This document shows positions 42,133 through 53,307 of a stretch of 64,000 bases of DNA, one piece after another. Each line of letters begins with the position of its first letter. Within the stretch, counting starts at the first letter, position 1. The notes below the pieces were generated by a model, which was not told the origin of the DNA, did no database searches, and saw nothing but the letters and a program-made list of their open reading frames with translations. The DNA is from a virus (Duplodnaviria > Caudoviricetes): the IMG/VR virus record IMGVR_UViG_3300050336_000030; one strand, 5' to 3'. Position numbers and translations under genes: made by a program.

Positions 42133-42839
42133 AGGATTGATGCTAAATTTAGAAAGGAGTTTAATGGAGCGATTAACTGATAAAGATGGTCTAAAGGCTT
42201 GTTACTGTAATGGTAAATATTTTGATAAATTAAATGGTCAAACAGAATGTAAACATGAATGTCAACCAATACATGATGCTTTAATAAAATTGCAGCAATT
42301 TGAAGATTTAGAAGAAAAGAATTTAATTGGATGTGCCAATGGTGAGTTAGAAAGAGATTGTAGAAATTGTGATAACATGAGTAGTTGTATAGAACTATTT
42401 GGGTTTTATATCGATGCTAAGAAATGTAGCAGATTTAAATATATAAATAAAACAGAATCAATGTGATATTTGATTGTGAGTTTAATGTTCCCGACATTGA
42501 TGTCGGAAAGATAGAAGGGAGAATTAAGTGGGACAGTATAGCGAAAAGGTAAATAATACGCCAAAACAAAAGAAAATTAAAAAGAAGTTAGAAGAATTAG
42601 GACATACAAATGTAGAAGTTTGGTGGGAAAAATTGCAACCTGCTTGTGAAATGTGTGGTATGGGCGGTGGATATATTTTTTGTTCAGATCAAGAACAAGT
42701 GTATCCTCTTGGATATTCTCTCGAAGATGCCTTATATTCTATTGAAAATTATAAATGGTTAGATGTAAGAGATAAATAAATCAGGTGTTTTATTCACATT
42801 ATAAATAAGAACTATATTAAACAATAAAAAGGAGGATAA

Positions 42840-43544
42840 ATGTTAGAAGTAAATAAAATATATAATATGGACTGTTTGGAAGGATTAAAACAGTTGGATG
42901 ATAATAGTGTAGACTTGATTATTACGTCACCTCCATACAATTTGGGAAAACAACACCATACAGGCAATAATAGATTTAAAAGTTATAATGACTATGATGA
43001 TAATATGCCAGAAGAATTATACCAACAATGGCAAGTAGAAGTTTTAGACGAATGTTTTAGAGTTTTAAAACAAGATGGTTCAATGTGGTATAACCATAAA
43101 AATAGAATTAGAGATGGAATTCAAATTACGCCTTACGAATGGATATTAAAATCAAAATTTGCTCACTTAGTAAAACAAGAAGTGGTTTGGTTTAATCGTA
43201 GTCAGAATTTTGATAAGATTCGGTTTTATCCAATGACAGAAAGAGTATATTGGCTGGCTAAAGATGATAAAACTAAAATGTTTAATGCTATTGGTCATCA
43301 TGACGTATTTGATGCAAAGGATTGGAAACCAGAAGGAACTAAGAGTAAATTTAAACGTGCTTATCCTGAGAAGATGGTTGAAGATATAATTAGCTGTTTT
43401 GAAAATGCAAATATAATTCTCGATCCTTATAGCGGTAGTGGAACTACGTGTGCTGTAGCTAAGAGAATGGGTAAACAATACATAGGTCTTGAATTGAGTA
43501 AGGAATATTGTGATATGTCAAATGAAAGAATTTTGATAGCATAA
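42840..43544 (+). CDS. Orphan N4/N6 amino-DNA methyltransferase (beta class)
   Basis: DLIITSPPYN; ILDPYSGSGTT; GLEL..EY. Confidence 0.92.
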   Translation: MLEVNKIYNMDCLEGLKQLDDNSVDLIITSPPYNLGKQHHTGNNRFKSYNDYDDNMPEELYQQWQVEVLDECFRVLKQDGSMWYNHKNRIRDGIQITPYEWILKSKFAHLVKQEVVWFNRSQNFDKIRFYPMTERVYWLAKDDKTKMFNAIGHHDVFDAKDWKPEGTKSKFKRAYPEKMVEDIISCFENANIILDPYSGSGTTCAVAKRMGKQYIGLELSKEYCDMSNERILIA

Positions 43545-43613
43545 TTACATATAAAATATAGATTGAAATACACATAAAATCAAAGTTTGGTTTGCACTTC
43601 GGGAGGTGATGAA

Positions 43614-44271
43614 TTGGCAAAGAGGAAAGAAACGTTAGAACTAGAAGAGGCATTAACTAAAAACACCAGAGAAAAACGTATTTATGGTTGTGAAGAAATC
43701 ACAATTGGATTTTACAATAATGGACATGGCAATGAGATAGTAGATTTTATGACTATGGATTTTAAAGGAGTAATTAAATGCTATGAACTAAAAGTCACTT
43801 TACAGGATTTAAAGTCTAAAGCAAGGAAATCGTGGTATGGTCATTATAATTACCTTGTAGTTACTAGAGATTTATATGATTCAATAGATGATTGGAATAC
43901 ATACATACCAAAATATGTTGGAATTATAGTAGGTAACAATTTATCGATCGTAAAGAAACCAATAAGACAAGAAATTGGGATTGACACCGAAATGATGTTA
44001 AAAGAAAGTATGATACGTAGCATCTATTGGAAGATAGATAAATATAAAAATGCGAATAACTTAGATAAACAAAAAAGAATTAAATTCTAAGATTCGTAAA
44101 GCAGAAAAAGATAGAGATGAATATTATAAGAGGGCTATTAGTGCTGAGAATATTATTAGCGAATACGAAACATACAAGTCTTATAATGACGGATTAGATG
44201 ATTTTGATTTAAAAGTTGCAGCAAAAGAAGAATATGAAAAATATAAAGTGAAACGCAATAATTCAAGATAG
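43614..44271 (+). pseudogene. PD-(D/E)XK nuclease-like gene with a +1 frameshift in the A6 run at 44071-44076
   Basis: VDFM...CYELKVT.QD; annotated frame stops at 44090, the +1 frame continues to TAG 44271. Confidence 0.55.
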
Positions 44272-44329
44272 AATTGCCGTTTCATTTACAAAGAATAAAT
44301 AAAACAAATATAAAAGGAGATTAAAAAGT

Positions 44330-44980
44330 ATGAAAGGTTTAAATGATTATACAAATGAAGAATTATCAATGTTAACAGATTCTGAGATTGAAAATTTAAT
44401 TGACGTAGAGTGTATGAAAGCCGGAGTTCCTTTATCTATTACACCAAAGCCTACACTAAAAGAAGTACCTGAAATTAAAGATCCTACAACTGAAATTTTT
44501 CAGGTAGATAATTATTATTTTACTGATAGCAAAGAAGCTAATCAATTAGCTACAATGTTATCTTCGATTACATCAAGAGTAACACTTGATTATAATTATA
44601 ATTCTGGTAGTAGTAATTACAAGTACTATAAGAAATACGAAACTCCTACAGACATTAAAAAGACTAAATGCTATTCAAGAGAAGAATATAATGATTTAAC
44701 AGATATTTTAAAGGCAAGAAAAGACATTGAAGATTATAATAGAAATATTACAAAAGAATATGAAGATGCTGTGTCGGAAAGAAGATATATTGTTGATTCT
44801 GTATGGGATGCTATTAGTGAAGCTCAGTATGAAATGAGAAAAATCAATGAAGCTCTTGATATTTTTAAGAAATATGTTGAATTGTCAGATGGAGACGAAG
44901 AAATCGCGAAGAAGTTCTTTAGTCAAAATGAAAAGGTTTCAGAATATATGGATGATATATTAAAGAGGTATAGTAAATAA
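44330..44980 (+). CDS. Hypothetical protein
   Basis: 216 aa, AAGGAG RBS. Confidence 0.75.
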   Translation: MKGLNDYTNEELSMLTDSEIENLIDVECMKAGVPLSITPKPTLKEVPEIKDPTTEIFQVDNYYFTDSKEANQLATMLSSITSRVTLDYNYNSGSSNYKYYKKYETPTDIKKTKCYSREEYNDLTDILKARKDIEDYNRNITKEYEDAVSERRYIVDSVWDAISEAQYEMRKINEALDIFKKYVELSDGDEEIAKKFFSQNEKVSEYMDDILKRYSK

Positions 44981-45013
44981 AATCGTCGAATTTATGAAGA
45001 AAGGAGAAATATT

Positions 45014-45379
45014 ATGAATGAGCAAGAATTAGAAGATGAAGTATTTAAATATTATGATACTCCGTTTATAAATAAGTGTAAAGATTTGTTACGGGAAATA
45101 TCGGTTACTTTAAAGAATTTTGGATTTGTTGATAAATATTTTGAATATAAAGAAGATAAGATTACTAAAGAAGAGTTAGAAAATTACTTTTATGATACAC
45201 TAATTAAATTAGATGAATATAGAAGACATGATTTAAATGAATTGTCTAAAATGTTATCATCTTCAAATTGTGGATGGTATGAATATAAGATTGGTGAAAT
45301 AATACATAATCAGTTAATAAAAATTTGGTTTTTAGATGAATTTAAAGATAGTAATATGAAACAAATGCTTGACAAGTAA
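45014..45379 (+). CDS. Hypothetical protein
   Basis: RBS. Confidence 0.7.
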   Translation: MNEQELEDEVFKYYDTPFINKCKDLLREISVTLKNFGFVDKYFEYKEDKITKEELENYFYDTLIKLDEYRRHDLNELSKMLSSSNCGWYEYKIGEIIHNQLIKIWFLDEFKDSNMKQMLDK

Positions 45380-45596
45380 ATTCAAATGATGTATTATAAT
45401 ATTGTAAGTAATAGTTATATGAAACAGTAAAATGAAAGGTGGTGAGTACAATGAGTATGGAGCAACTTGACTGGCTGGATAGAAGAGGAGTCAACAATCC
45501 TGGCGAATATAAGTTAGTACGCCAAACAAAAACGCATGTTTATTTAAGACATCGACAATATGGATATGTAATTGAAAGAAAAAAAGATATGCCAAA

Positions 45597-45983
45597 TTGG
45601 GTATTTTAAGTAGAAAGGAGAAAATTACAATGAAGATTTATTCATCAGATGGAAAAGAATTTGGAAAAGATAATATGACTATGGAAGAATTGGCGGATGC
45701 TTTTAAAAAATGTAGTACATATGAGGAAGAATTAAATAGTAAAAAAGCTAAAGCTGAAGCTGAAAAGAAAGAGAGGGAACAAAAGAAAAAGATTTTATAT
45801 GAGCAGATTAAATCAGAGATGGATAAAATTAATAAATTGCTAGATGAATATAAAAAATCTGATGGCAGACCTCTTTGGGTTGGATGTGATAATGGAAAAA
45901 TTTATGTAGATGAATATATTTCTTGTTCAAGTCTAAATTATGATTGGGTGAAAAATTTTAGAGAAGCATTAGAAAGTTTATAA
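45597..45983 (+). CDS. Hypothetical coiled-coil protein
   Basis: RBS before the internal Met. Confidence 0.65.
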   Translation: MGILSRKEKITMKIYSSDGKEFGKDNMTMEELADAFKKCSTYEEELNSKKAKAEAEKKEREQKKKILYEQIKSEMDKINKLLDEYKKSDGRPLWVGCDNGKIYVDEYISCSSLNYDWVKNFREALESL

Positions 45984-46062
45984 ATCAAGTTTTTTATTTA
46001 GAAATTATAGTAATAGTAATGTGAAACATAAAAATAATACATATTAAAGGAGAATAAAGAAT

Positions 46063-47310
46063 ATGGGTTTAACATTTGAAATGGTAGGAAAAATAAGTTT
46101 AGGAAAGGATACAGAAAAATTCCATCCTTATGAAGAAAAAACTTATGAAAAGTCTGGATGGTCAAACAAAACTATAAGATTCAATGTGACTAGTGGAGAC
46201 AATAGACATCTTTTGCAAGTTAAAGCTGGTGCATTTGCTGATGGTCATGGGGATGTTTATTCTTATACAAAAGGATATACTAACGAAAGTGGAACAAAGG
46301 TTAAAGGTGAATCCATTAAAATACCCTTTAAAGATAGATTGACATCAAAAAGATTGCCTGAGATTGCAGAATTTAAAAAGTTTGTATTTGATTTGGAGAA
46401 ACCTAATAGAAGATACAAACTTGAAAAAGCTGCGGAAAAAGTTAAAGAAGGAACTAGTTTAACAGATGAAGAATTGAAAGATTTGGAAATTGAATCAGAA
46501 GATAATTTAATTACTGCTATTGAAAAAAGCAAAAAGAAACGTCATGAATTTATTTCCGAATGGGATTTTGTTGAATTTATAAAAAAAGTAATTGATAGTG
46601 GAAAGTATTCTAATAATAAGTTTTTTATTAAAGGAAACGGAGATTATTCTTATTCTGAAGATAAACAAAAGATTTATGAAAATTATATTCCAAATAGAAT
46701 TTATCTTGCTTCCGATGATGCCGAAGAATATTCTCATGCAACTTTTACCATTTTATTCAATCAAGATTCTTTTGATGAAATGTCTTTGGAAGAAAAAAAT
46801 AAATATTATGTCAATGGTTGGATGATGGAATATGATCAAAATAGAAAATCAAATATTCCAGTTCCCGTAACCGTCGTTATTAATAATGTTGATGAAACAG
46901 ATAAAGATGCTGTAAAGAAATTAAATGCAACAAAGAGAAAATTTGTAGTTGAAGATGAAAAACTTTATGAGTATGGATGTGTAGTTAATATGCTCAATGG
47001 AGCACAAAAAACAGAAATTACAGATGATATGCTGACAGACGAACAAAGGGAAGATTTGGAATGTGGTCTTATTACAATGGATGATATTAGAGCAGAATTA
47101 GGAGGTTCTGTTTATGGTGATAGAATACAAGAATATCAGTTTTTAAAAGTTGCAAAAGGATGGAGTAAAGGAAGAAATGCAACAGTGTTTACTACTGACG
47201 ATATGAGAATTAAGCCAATTGAAAGTAATGTGGATTCTGGCGAAGAAATTGAAAATCTATTTGAAGAAGATAGTATTGATGAAGACGCGTCCGATGATGA
47301 TGATTTATAA
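46063..47310 (+). CDS. Putative single-stranded DNA-binding protein (YorF-like position)
   Basis: First gene of the replication operon; beta-rich with a very acidic C-terminal tail. Confidence 0.5.
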   Translation: MGLTFEMVGKISLGKDTEKFHPYEEKTYEKSGWSNKTIRFNVTSGDNRHLLQVKAGAFADGHGDVYSYTKGYTNESGTKVKGESIKIPFKDRLTSKRLPEIAEFKKFVFDLEKPNRRYKLEKAAEKVKEGTSLTDEELKDLEIESEDNLITAIEKSKKKRHEFISEWDFVEFIKKVIDSGKYSNNKFFIKGNGDYSYSEDKQKIYENYIPNRIYLASDDAEEYSHATFTILFNQDSFDEMSLEEKNKYYVNGWMMEYDQNRKSNIPVPVTVVINNVDETDKDAVKKLNATKRKFVVEDEKLYEYGCVVNMLNGAQKTEITDDMLTDEQREDLECGLITMDDIRAELGGSVYGDRIQEYQFLKVAKGWSKGRNATVFTTDDMRIKPIESNVDSGEEIENLFEEDSIDEDASDDDDL

Positions 47311-47386
47311 AATTTAGTTGAGCGAAAGCTATTTCAAATAGATAATTAATTTTTAGTTGTTAAACAAAAAGGAGGATTATTGTATT

Positions 47387-48544
47387 ATGGCTAATTATGG
47401 TAAGAAAAATAAAGTAAAAGATGGACTTGAAAACTATTCAGTAGCTCTTTTTGGTGAAAGTGGAATTGGTAAAACTACACTGATGTATGAAGTTTGCGAG
47501 AAATTATTCGGTTCAGATGGATATATGATATTCAATGCAGGTAAAGAACAGGGTATTGATTGTTTGGAAGATGCATCATATGAAGATATTGAAAATTTCA
47601 AAAAATTTGACGCTGTTGTTTCTGATATTATAAAAAATAAAAAATCTGATTATCCAGATTTAAAAGTAGTTGTATTAGATACTCTAGATCAAATCATTGA
47701 AATTGTTGAACCTGAAATAGTAAGACGTTATAATTCTGAAAACCTAGGAGTAAAAGATTTTAAACCAGCAAAAACAATCAATGGAGCTTATGGCGGTTTT
47801 CAAAATGGTCAAGATGAATGTATTAAATTAATCTTGAATAAAATATGGGATTTACAAAGTGTTGGAGTGCGAGTTTGGTACACTGGACACGTTAAGACAA
47901 AAGAGTCAATTGATCCTTATACAAACATGTCGTTTACATCTTTGTCAACAAATATTTCTAACAAGTATTTAAATGGATTTAAGACAAAAATTCATGCATT
48001 AGGAATTGCTTGTATTGACAGAACAATTGAAACAGAAGATACAGGAAGAGAAAACATTGTTACCCACAAGAAAATTACAGTAAATAAAGTAAAAGCGGAG
48101 AAAAGGAAAATAGTCTTTAGAGACGATAATTATTCAGTCGATAGTAAGTCAAGACTTGCTGATATTGTAGACGAAATATCTATGGATTCTGATGCATTTA
48201 TTAAGGCAATTGAAAATGCTATTGAATCAGCAAAAAATAAAAAAGTAGTAAGTAAATCAAATACGTCTAAAAAGAAGTCAAATAAAACTTATGATGAAGA
48301 ATTAAGTGATGATAAAGAGAATTTAGATGATATTGAAAATACTAATGATATTGATGACGTATTACTTGATTCAGAGAACAGTAATTATCCAGAAGATTTA
48401 GTTGAAGAAACAAGAGCACTATTTCAAAAATGCAAAGACAATGTGCTAAAAACTGAAGTAAGAGAAACAGTTAAATCGTTTGGTAAATTTACCGACGTTC
48501 CAGAAAATGAACTAAAATCATTATACGACAAATTGTCTAAGTAA
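47387..48544 (+). CDS. AAA_24/Sak4-like ATPase (YorG-like)
   Basis: GESGIGKTT, VVLDTLD, TGH. Confidence 0.8.
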   Translation: MANYGKKNKVKDGLENYSVALFGESGIGKTTLMYEVCEKLFGSDGYMIFNAGKEQGIDCLEDASYEDIENFKKFDAVVSDIIKNKKSDYPDLKVVVLDTLDQIIEIVEPEIVRRYNSENLGVKDFKPAKTINGAYGGFQNGQDECIKLILNKIWDLQSVGVRVWYTGHVKTKESIDPYTNMSFTSLSTNISNKYLNGFKTKIHALGIACIDRTIETEDTGRENIVTHKKITVNKVKAEKRKIVFRDDNYSVDSKSRLADIVDEISMDSDAFIKAIENAIESAKNKKVVSKSNTSKKKSNKTYDEELSDDKENLDDIENTNDIDDVLLDSENSNYPEDLVEETRALFQKCKDNVLKTEVRETVKSFGKFTDVPENELKSLYDKLSK

Positions 48545-48589
48545 TACATATTAACTACTAAAGGGTTCAATCCCCTTTAGTAGTATTAG

Positions 48590-49075
48590 GTGGTGATAAT
48601 AATATTAGTAAAATGTAAATCATGTGGAAATAAAATAGAAAAAGATAAAGCATATAAGGTTACTGTGTCAGGCAAAAACTCTTATTATTGTAATAAACAG
48701 GAATATGAAACAATAGTTAAAAATAGAGAATTAAAAAATAATACATATGAAATAATTTATCAAATATTTCAACGTGAAGTAACAAATACAGCTTTATTTA
48801 AAGAAATTAATTCCCTCGTTGAAGTTTATGGATATGAAAAAATTTATTTGTATCTGATAGATAATAAGGAATATTTAATAAGTGTTTTACAAAAGTCTTT
48901 CCAAAATGAATATTCAAAAATTCGATATTTCTCAGCTATTTTAAGAAATTCGTTAAGTGATTATTCGATACCCGAAAAAAAAGAAGAAAAAGTAATTGAA
49001 ATTGAGTTTGTAAATATGGATAAGCAAACAATCAGGAAAAGAAGAATATTAGCAGATATGGAGGATGATTTATAA
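48590..49075 (+). CDS. YorH-like zinc-binding replication protein
   Basis: VKCKSCG...YYCN; precedes the helicase. Confidence 0.6.
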   Translation: MVIIILVKCKSCGNKIEKDKAYKVTVSGKNSYYCNKQEYETIVKNRELKNNTYEIIYQIFQREVTNTALFKEINSLVEVYGYEKIYLYLIDNKEYLISVLQKSFQNEYSKIRYFSAILRNSLSDYSIPEKKEEKVIEIEFVNMDKQTIRKRRILADMEDDL

Positions 49076-49076
49076 T

Positions 49077-50627
49077 ATGAAAGTATTTTTAACAGGTGTT
49101 GAAGAAAAATACCATCCTCAACTATTAAAAGGTAGACTTGAAATTGAAGGTAATGTAATTAGCTGTTTTATGAAAGATATGCTTTTACTTGATGAAACAA
49201 AATTAGAAAGCGAAAGTTTTTTAACATTAGATGGTTTATTTTATTTTTCTCTTTTAAAGAATTTGAGAAAAAAAGGTTTTTATTCTTTAGATGAAATTAC
49301 AATATTAAGTAATTCACCAGAAGATGTTATCGAACGATTTGAATCGTGTGGTGGATGGGAAACAATTCAACACCAAATAGATATTATTAATGAAAAGAAT
49401 TTTGATACATATCTTGATATTTTATATCGTGAAAATATATTGATTCACATGCATGATGATGGATTCAACTTATTGAAAGAAATAAAAATCAATAATAAAA
49501 AAGTCTCTCCTTTAAAACTTTTGAGAAAATTAACAGCAGAAGAGGTAGTGGATTGGTACTCTGCTAGAATAGAAACATATGATTGTGGACAGTCCAGTAG
49601 TATTTTAGAAGAAGAAGAAATTGATTTTGATGACAAATTCATTGAATCATGTTCAGATGGTGAAGAAAATGGTATTGATTTTGGTAAAGCCGGAGATGAT
49701 ATAAATTTAGAAGAAATAAATTGTTTCCCATTCTTGTCGAGTCAAATTAATGGCTTATTGCCAGGAACATTTACAATGATGGGTGGATTTTCATCAACAG
49801 GTAAGTCTACATGGTGGATAACTGTAATCGCAGCACTATTATATAGAGAAAGAAAAGTTTTAATAATTACAAATGAAGAAAACGTAAAGAAATTTAAGAT
49901 GAAAATTCTTGTTTGGATACTTGGAAAATACTGTAGATATTATAAGTTAACAAAGAAAAAACTCATGAGTGGCAACATTACAGATGAGGATAGAGAATAT
50001 ATAGCAATTGCAAAAAAATATTGGCAAGAAAATTACAAGGGTAATTTAAAAGTTATTTCAACAAACACATCAAATTTATCAATATACAAGAAAAAGATAA
50101 GAGAAAATGTATTAAGATATGGCTATGATACGGTTTTAATCGACACATTCAAACTTCAAGAAAATGATTTTAAAGGTCAGAGGCAAGACTTAGCCCTAGT
50201 AAGAGATAGTAGAGAACTTGATAAGATTGCAAAAAAATATAATTTAATTATGCTTGGTTCTGTTCAATTATTGGAAAGTATGAAAGGCAAATTGTTTCTC
50301 GATTCATCAGTATTGGTAAATAGCAAACAAATAAAGGAAGTTCTTGAAAATTTATTTTTTATGAGGAATGTATATGAAGAAGAATTAGATCCTAAGAGTA
50401 AGTATTTTTGTAATCCGTTTCAGTTAAAAAAAGTACAGGATAAATGGATTGAAGAAGAATATCATCCAGATAGAAATGCAGTTTGGCGTATGGTGTTTGT
50501 TGAAAAATGTAGGTCTGGAGCAAATTCATCTGATACAGGTATATGTTATATGCTTAAATTTTCTGGTGATTATGCAATATTTAGAGAAACTTGTCAGTGT
50601 AGACCAAAGCATGGAGAAATAAAATAG
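49077..50627 (+). CDS. dnaB: DnaB-like replicative helicase
   Basis: GGFSSTGKS, ITNEE, LIDTFK, VQL, EKCRSG. Confidence 0.85.
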   Translation: MKVFLTGVEEKYHPQLLKGRLEIEGNVISCFMKDMLLLDETKLESESFLTLDGLFYFSLLKNLRKKGFYSLDEITILSNSPEDVIERFESCGGWETIQHQIDIINEKNFDTYLDILYRENILIHMHDDGFNLLKEIKINNKKVSPLKLLRKLTAEEVVDWYSARIETYDCGQSSSILEEEEIDFDDKFIESCSDGEENGIDFGKAGDDINLEEINCFPFLSSQINGLLPGTFTMMGGFSSTGKSTWWITVIAALLYRERKVLIITNEENVKKFKMKILVWILGKYCRYYKLTKKKLMSGNITDEDREYIAIAKKYWQENYKGNLKVISTNTSNLSIYKKKIRENVLRYGYDTVLIDTFKLQENDFKGQRQDLALVRDSRELDKIAKKYNLIMLGSVQLLESMKGKLFLDSSVLVNSKQIKEVLENLFFMRNVYEEELDPKSKYFCNPFQLKKVQDKWIEEEYHPDRNAVWRMVFVEKCRSGANSSDTGICYMLKFSGDYAIFRETCQCRPKHGEIK

Positions 50628-50639
50628 AGTAGGTGAAAT

Positions 50640-51653
50640 ATGCTCGAAGATATTAAGAGAGAACTGATTAATAAGCCTGAAAAACTGAAATCTTTATTAG
50701 AATATTATTGTTATGAAAATATAAAAATCAGAGATAAATATATTCAATTTGGTAGAGATGAGTACTCATCACAAAAATCAATAACTATTAAACTTGATGA
50801 TAATCCATATCTTTATGTTAAAGATTGGGCAAGAAATATATCGCAAGATTTAATAAATTATATTATAGAACAACGAAAAGTTGAATTTATAGATGTTATG
50901 AATTCAATTAAAACCATTCTTGGCATAATTGATTATTATAACCACTATGAAGAAAGAGGAATATTTGGTGGAATTTATAACAACATAAGAAAAATTAAAG
51001 AAAACAAATTGAATACATATAATAATAATTTTTTAAATTCATATAACAGAATAGGAAATTTGCGATTTCTTCGGGACAATATTTCACTTGAAACTCAAAA
51101 ATATTTTGAAATTGGATATGATATTGAAACACAAGGAATTACAATTCCAATTCGTAGTCAACTTGGAGAATTAATTGGCGTAAAGATAAGAGTTAATTAT
51201 GATGTAGAAGATGGAGAACAAAAGTATTATTATTTGTTGCCATGCGCAATGAGTAAAACATTGTTTGGCTATTCACAAAATTATAAGTACTTAGTTGGTA
51301 ATACAATATACATATTTGAAAGCGAAAAATCGGTAATGCAATGTTATTCATATGGAATTAGAAATTGTGTTGCATTGGGGAGTGGAAGTATTAGTAATCA
51401 GCAAGTAAAAATGATATTAGAATTAAATCCTAAAAGTGTTATTTTTATGCATGATTATGGATATGAGTTTGAGAATATTATTGCAAATATTAATAAACTG
51501 AAAAGATATTCAAGGTTTAATGATTTTGACATAGGCTATTGGGATTGGAAAATAAGGAAATTTGATAAAAAATATTCTCCATCTGATTTAGGAAAAGATA
51601 TTTTGATAAAAATTATTGAAAATGAAATAAAAATATATAATGGAAAGGAGTAG
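50640..51653 (+). CDS. dnaG: DnaG-like TOPRIM primase
   Basis: ITIPIR...G..IG...R, IFESEKS, VALG, MHD. Confidence 0.8.
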   Translation: MLEDIKRELINKPEKLKSLLEYYCYENIKIRDKYIQFGRDEYSSQKSITIKLDDNPYLYVKDWARNISQDLINYIIEQRKVEFIDVMNSIKTILGIIDYYNHYEERGIFGGIYNNIRKIKENKLNTYNNNFLNSYNRIGNLRFLRDNISLETQKYFEIGYDIETQGITIPIRSQLGELIGVKIRVNYDVEDGEQKYYYLLPCAMSKTLFGYSQNYKYLVGNTIYIFESEKSVMQCYSYGIRNCVALGSGSISNQQVKMILELNPKSVIFMHDYGYEFENIIANINKLKRYSRFNDFDIGYWDWKIRKFDKKYSPSDLGKDILIKIIENEIKIYNGKE

Positions 51654-51693
51654 GAGTAATAAATAGTTAAGTGTTTATTACTCTTATTATAAA

Positions 51694-53307
51694 ATGCATA
51701 AACATTTTAAGATTTTAAATGATTGTAGAGGATTTAAATCAGAGGATATTTTTGATATTATCTTAAAGCAAAGGGAAATTGATGATATAAACGAATTTCT
51801 ATATCCATCAGAAAACAATTTATTACCTTTGGATTCTCTCTTAAATATTGATAAAGCATATGAGTTAATAATTAAACATATGAATCATAAAAATATTATT
51901 GGTATACTATGGGATACTGATACTGATGGAATTGCATCCGGCACAATTATGACGAGATATTTGAAAAATTTTATAGATAACGATAATATAAAGTGTTTCA
52001 TCAATGAAGGAAAAGCTCACGGATTAATAGATCAAGATATAGATAAATTTATTGGATTGGATTTATTAATAATTGTAGATAGCTTAGACAAAGATATTTC
52101 TCAATATAAAAAATTAACAGAAAGTGGAATAGAAATAATTGTTTTAGACCATCATGTTGTAAATAAGGAAATAACTTATGATGAATATATAACACTTATA
52201 ACTTCTCAAATAAATTATGAAAATCCTCAATTATCCGGTTCAGGGGTTGTATGGAAGTTTTGTAAGTATATAGATGAACAAGAATTAACTGAATATGCTG
52301 ATGATTTAGTTGATTTAGCAGCCTGTGGTTTAATTGGAGATATGATGGATATGTCTGTTATGGAGAATAGATTTATTGTTAATCAAGGACTAAATAATCT
52401 AATTAATCCAGCAATAAAAAAAATATTGAGTGGATATGAGTTTAATTCAACTGCTATCGCGTTCAGTATAGCTCCTTTAATCAATGCCGCTAATAGAATG
52501 TTTGAAAATGAATCCGCTATGAAATTATTTTTAGCAGACGATAATAAAGATGTTTTAAAGTACAAAAAAGAGTTAATTAGTTGTAAAGAAGCACAAAATG
52601 AGGAAGTTGCAAGGATTATGCCTTTAATAATGGAGCAATCTGAAAATCAAACAAATAAGACAATGATTGTAACTCAAATCGAAACACCTTATGGAATTAG
52701 TGGATTAATTGGAAATAAATTATTGGAAATATATAAAAAGCCAATTTTAGTATTAAAAGATTGCAAAAATAAATTTTCTGGATCGATGAGAGCAGTTGGT
52801 ATAGATGATTTTAGAAAAATTTGCAACGAAAGTAAACTGGCAGAAGCCAATGGACATGAATTAGCAAGTGGTATAGAAATTGTTAAAGATAATTTTAATA
52901 AATTTATTGATTATATTGATGCAGAACTATCAGATATAGAATTCACTGAACAAGATACATTAGTAGATATACAAATTAATATTGAAGATATAACAAGAGA
53001 ATTGGTAGAAAAAATTAAATTAATTGATAGAATATCTGGAACTTCATTTAAACCAATTAGATTCTACATAAGTAATATTAAACAATATGAGATAAGTAAT
53101 TTTAGTAATTATAAGCATTTAGTTATTAAGCCACAGGATAATATTTATGTGATTGAATGGAACACAGATAAAAACTTCGAAGAGATGGAGGATCATTCTC
53201 TATGTGAAGATAGAATTTCATGTATTTGTACATTAGATAATGGATTTTTTGGAAGAAATTTTGTATTAAAAGCAATATGCGACGAAATATGGACGGAGGA
53301 TGAATAA
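51694..53307 (+). CDS. recJ: RecJ-like DHH ssDNA exonuclease
   Basis: DTDTDG, IVD, LDHH, SGSGV, PLINAA.R, GS.R, GHELASG. Confidence 0.88.
   Translation: MHKHFKILNDCRGFKSEDIFDIILKQREIDDINEFLYPSENNLLPLDSLLNIDKAYELIIKHMNHKNIIGILWDTDTDGIASGTIMTRYLKNFIDNDNIKCFINEGKAHGLIDQDIDKFIGLDLLIIVDSLDKDISQYKKLTESGIEIIVLDHHVVNKEITYDEYITLITSQINYENPQLSGSGVVWKFCKYIDEQELTEYADDLVDLAACGLIGDMMDMSVMENRFIVNQGLNNLINPAIKKILSGYEFNSTAIAFSIAPLINAANRMFENESAMKLFLADDNKDVLKYKKELISCKEAQNEEVARIMPLIMEQSENQTNKTMIVTQIETPYGISGLIGNKLLEIYKKPILVLKDCKNKFSGSMRAVGIDDFRKICNESKLAEANGHELASGIEIVKDNFNKFIDYIDAELSDIEFTEQDTLVDIQINIEDITRELVEKIKLIDRISGTSFKPIRFYISNIKQYEISNFSNYKHLVIKPQDNIYVIEWNTDKNFEEMEDHSLCEDRISCICTLDNGFFGRNFVLKAICDEIWTEDE

Larger units (their letters stand above)
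37257..42779 (+). other. Array of about 18 small hypothetical genes (several CxxC or TM)
   Basis: Co-oriented ORFs with RBS; junction sites at 37856, 38053, 38373, 39457, 39660, 40041, 40349, 40601, 40845, 41063, 41543, 41856, 42124, 42457, 42776. Confidence 0.65.

Noticed and set aside
44068-44078. Programmed -1 frameshift at AAAAAAG
   Set aside because: The heptamer is out of phase and the continuation needs +1; an indel is more likely.
42840-44271. Type II restriction-modification pair
   Set aside because: The genes are in separate site-bounded units, the nuclease-like gene is frameshifted, and orphan methylases are common in phages.
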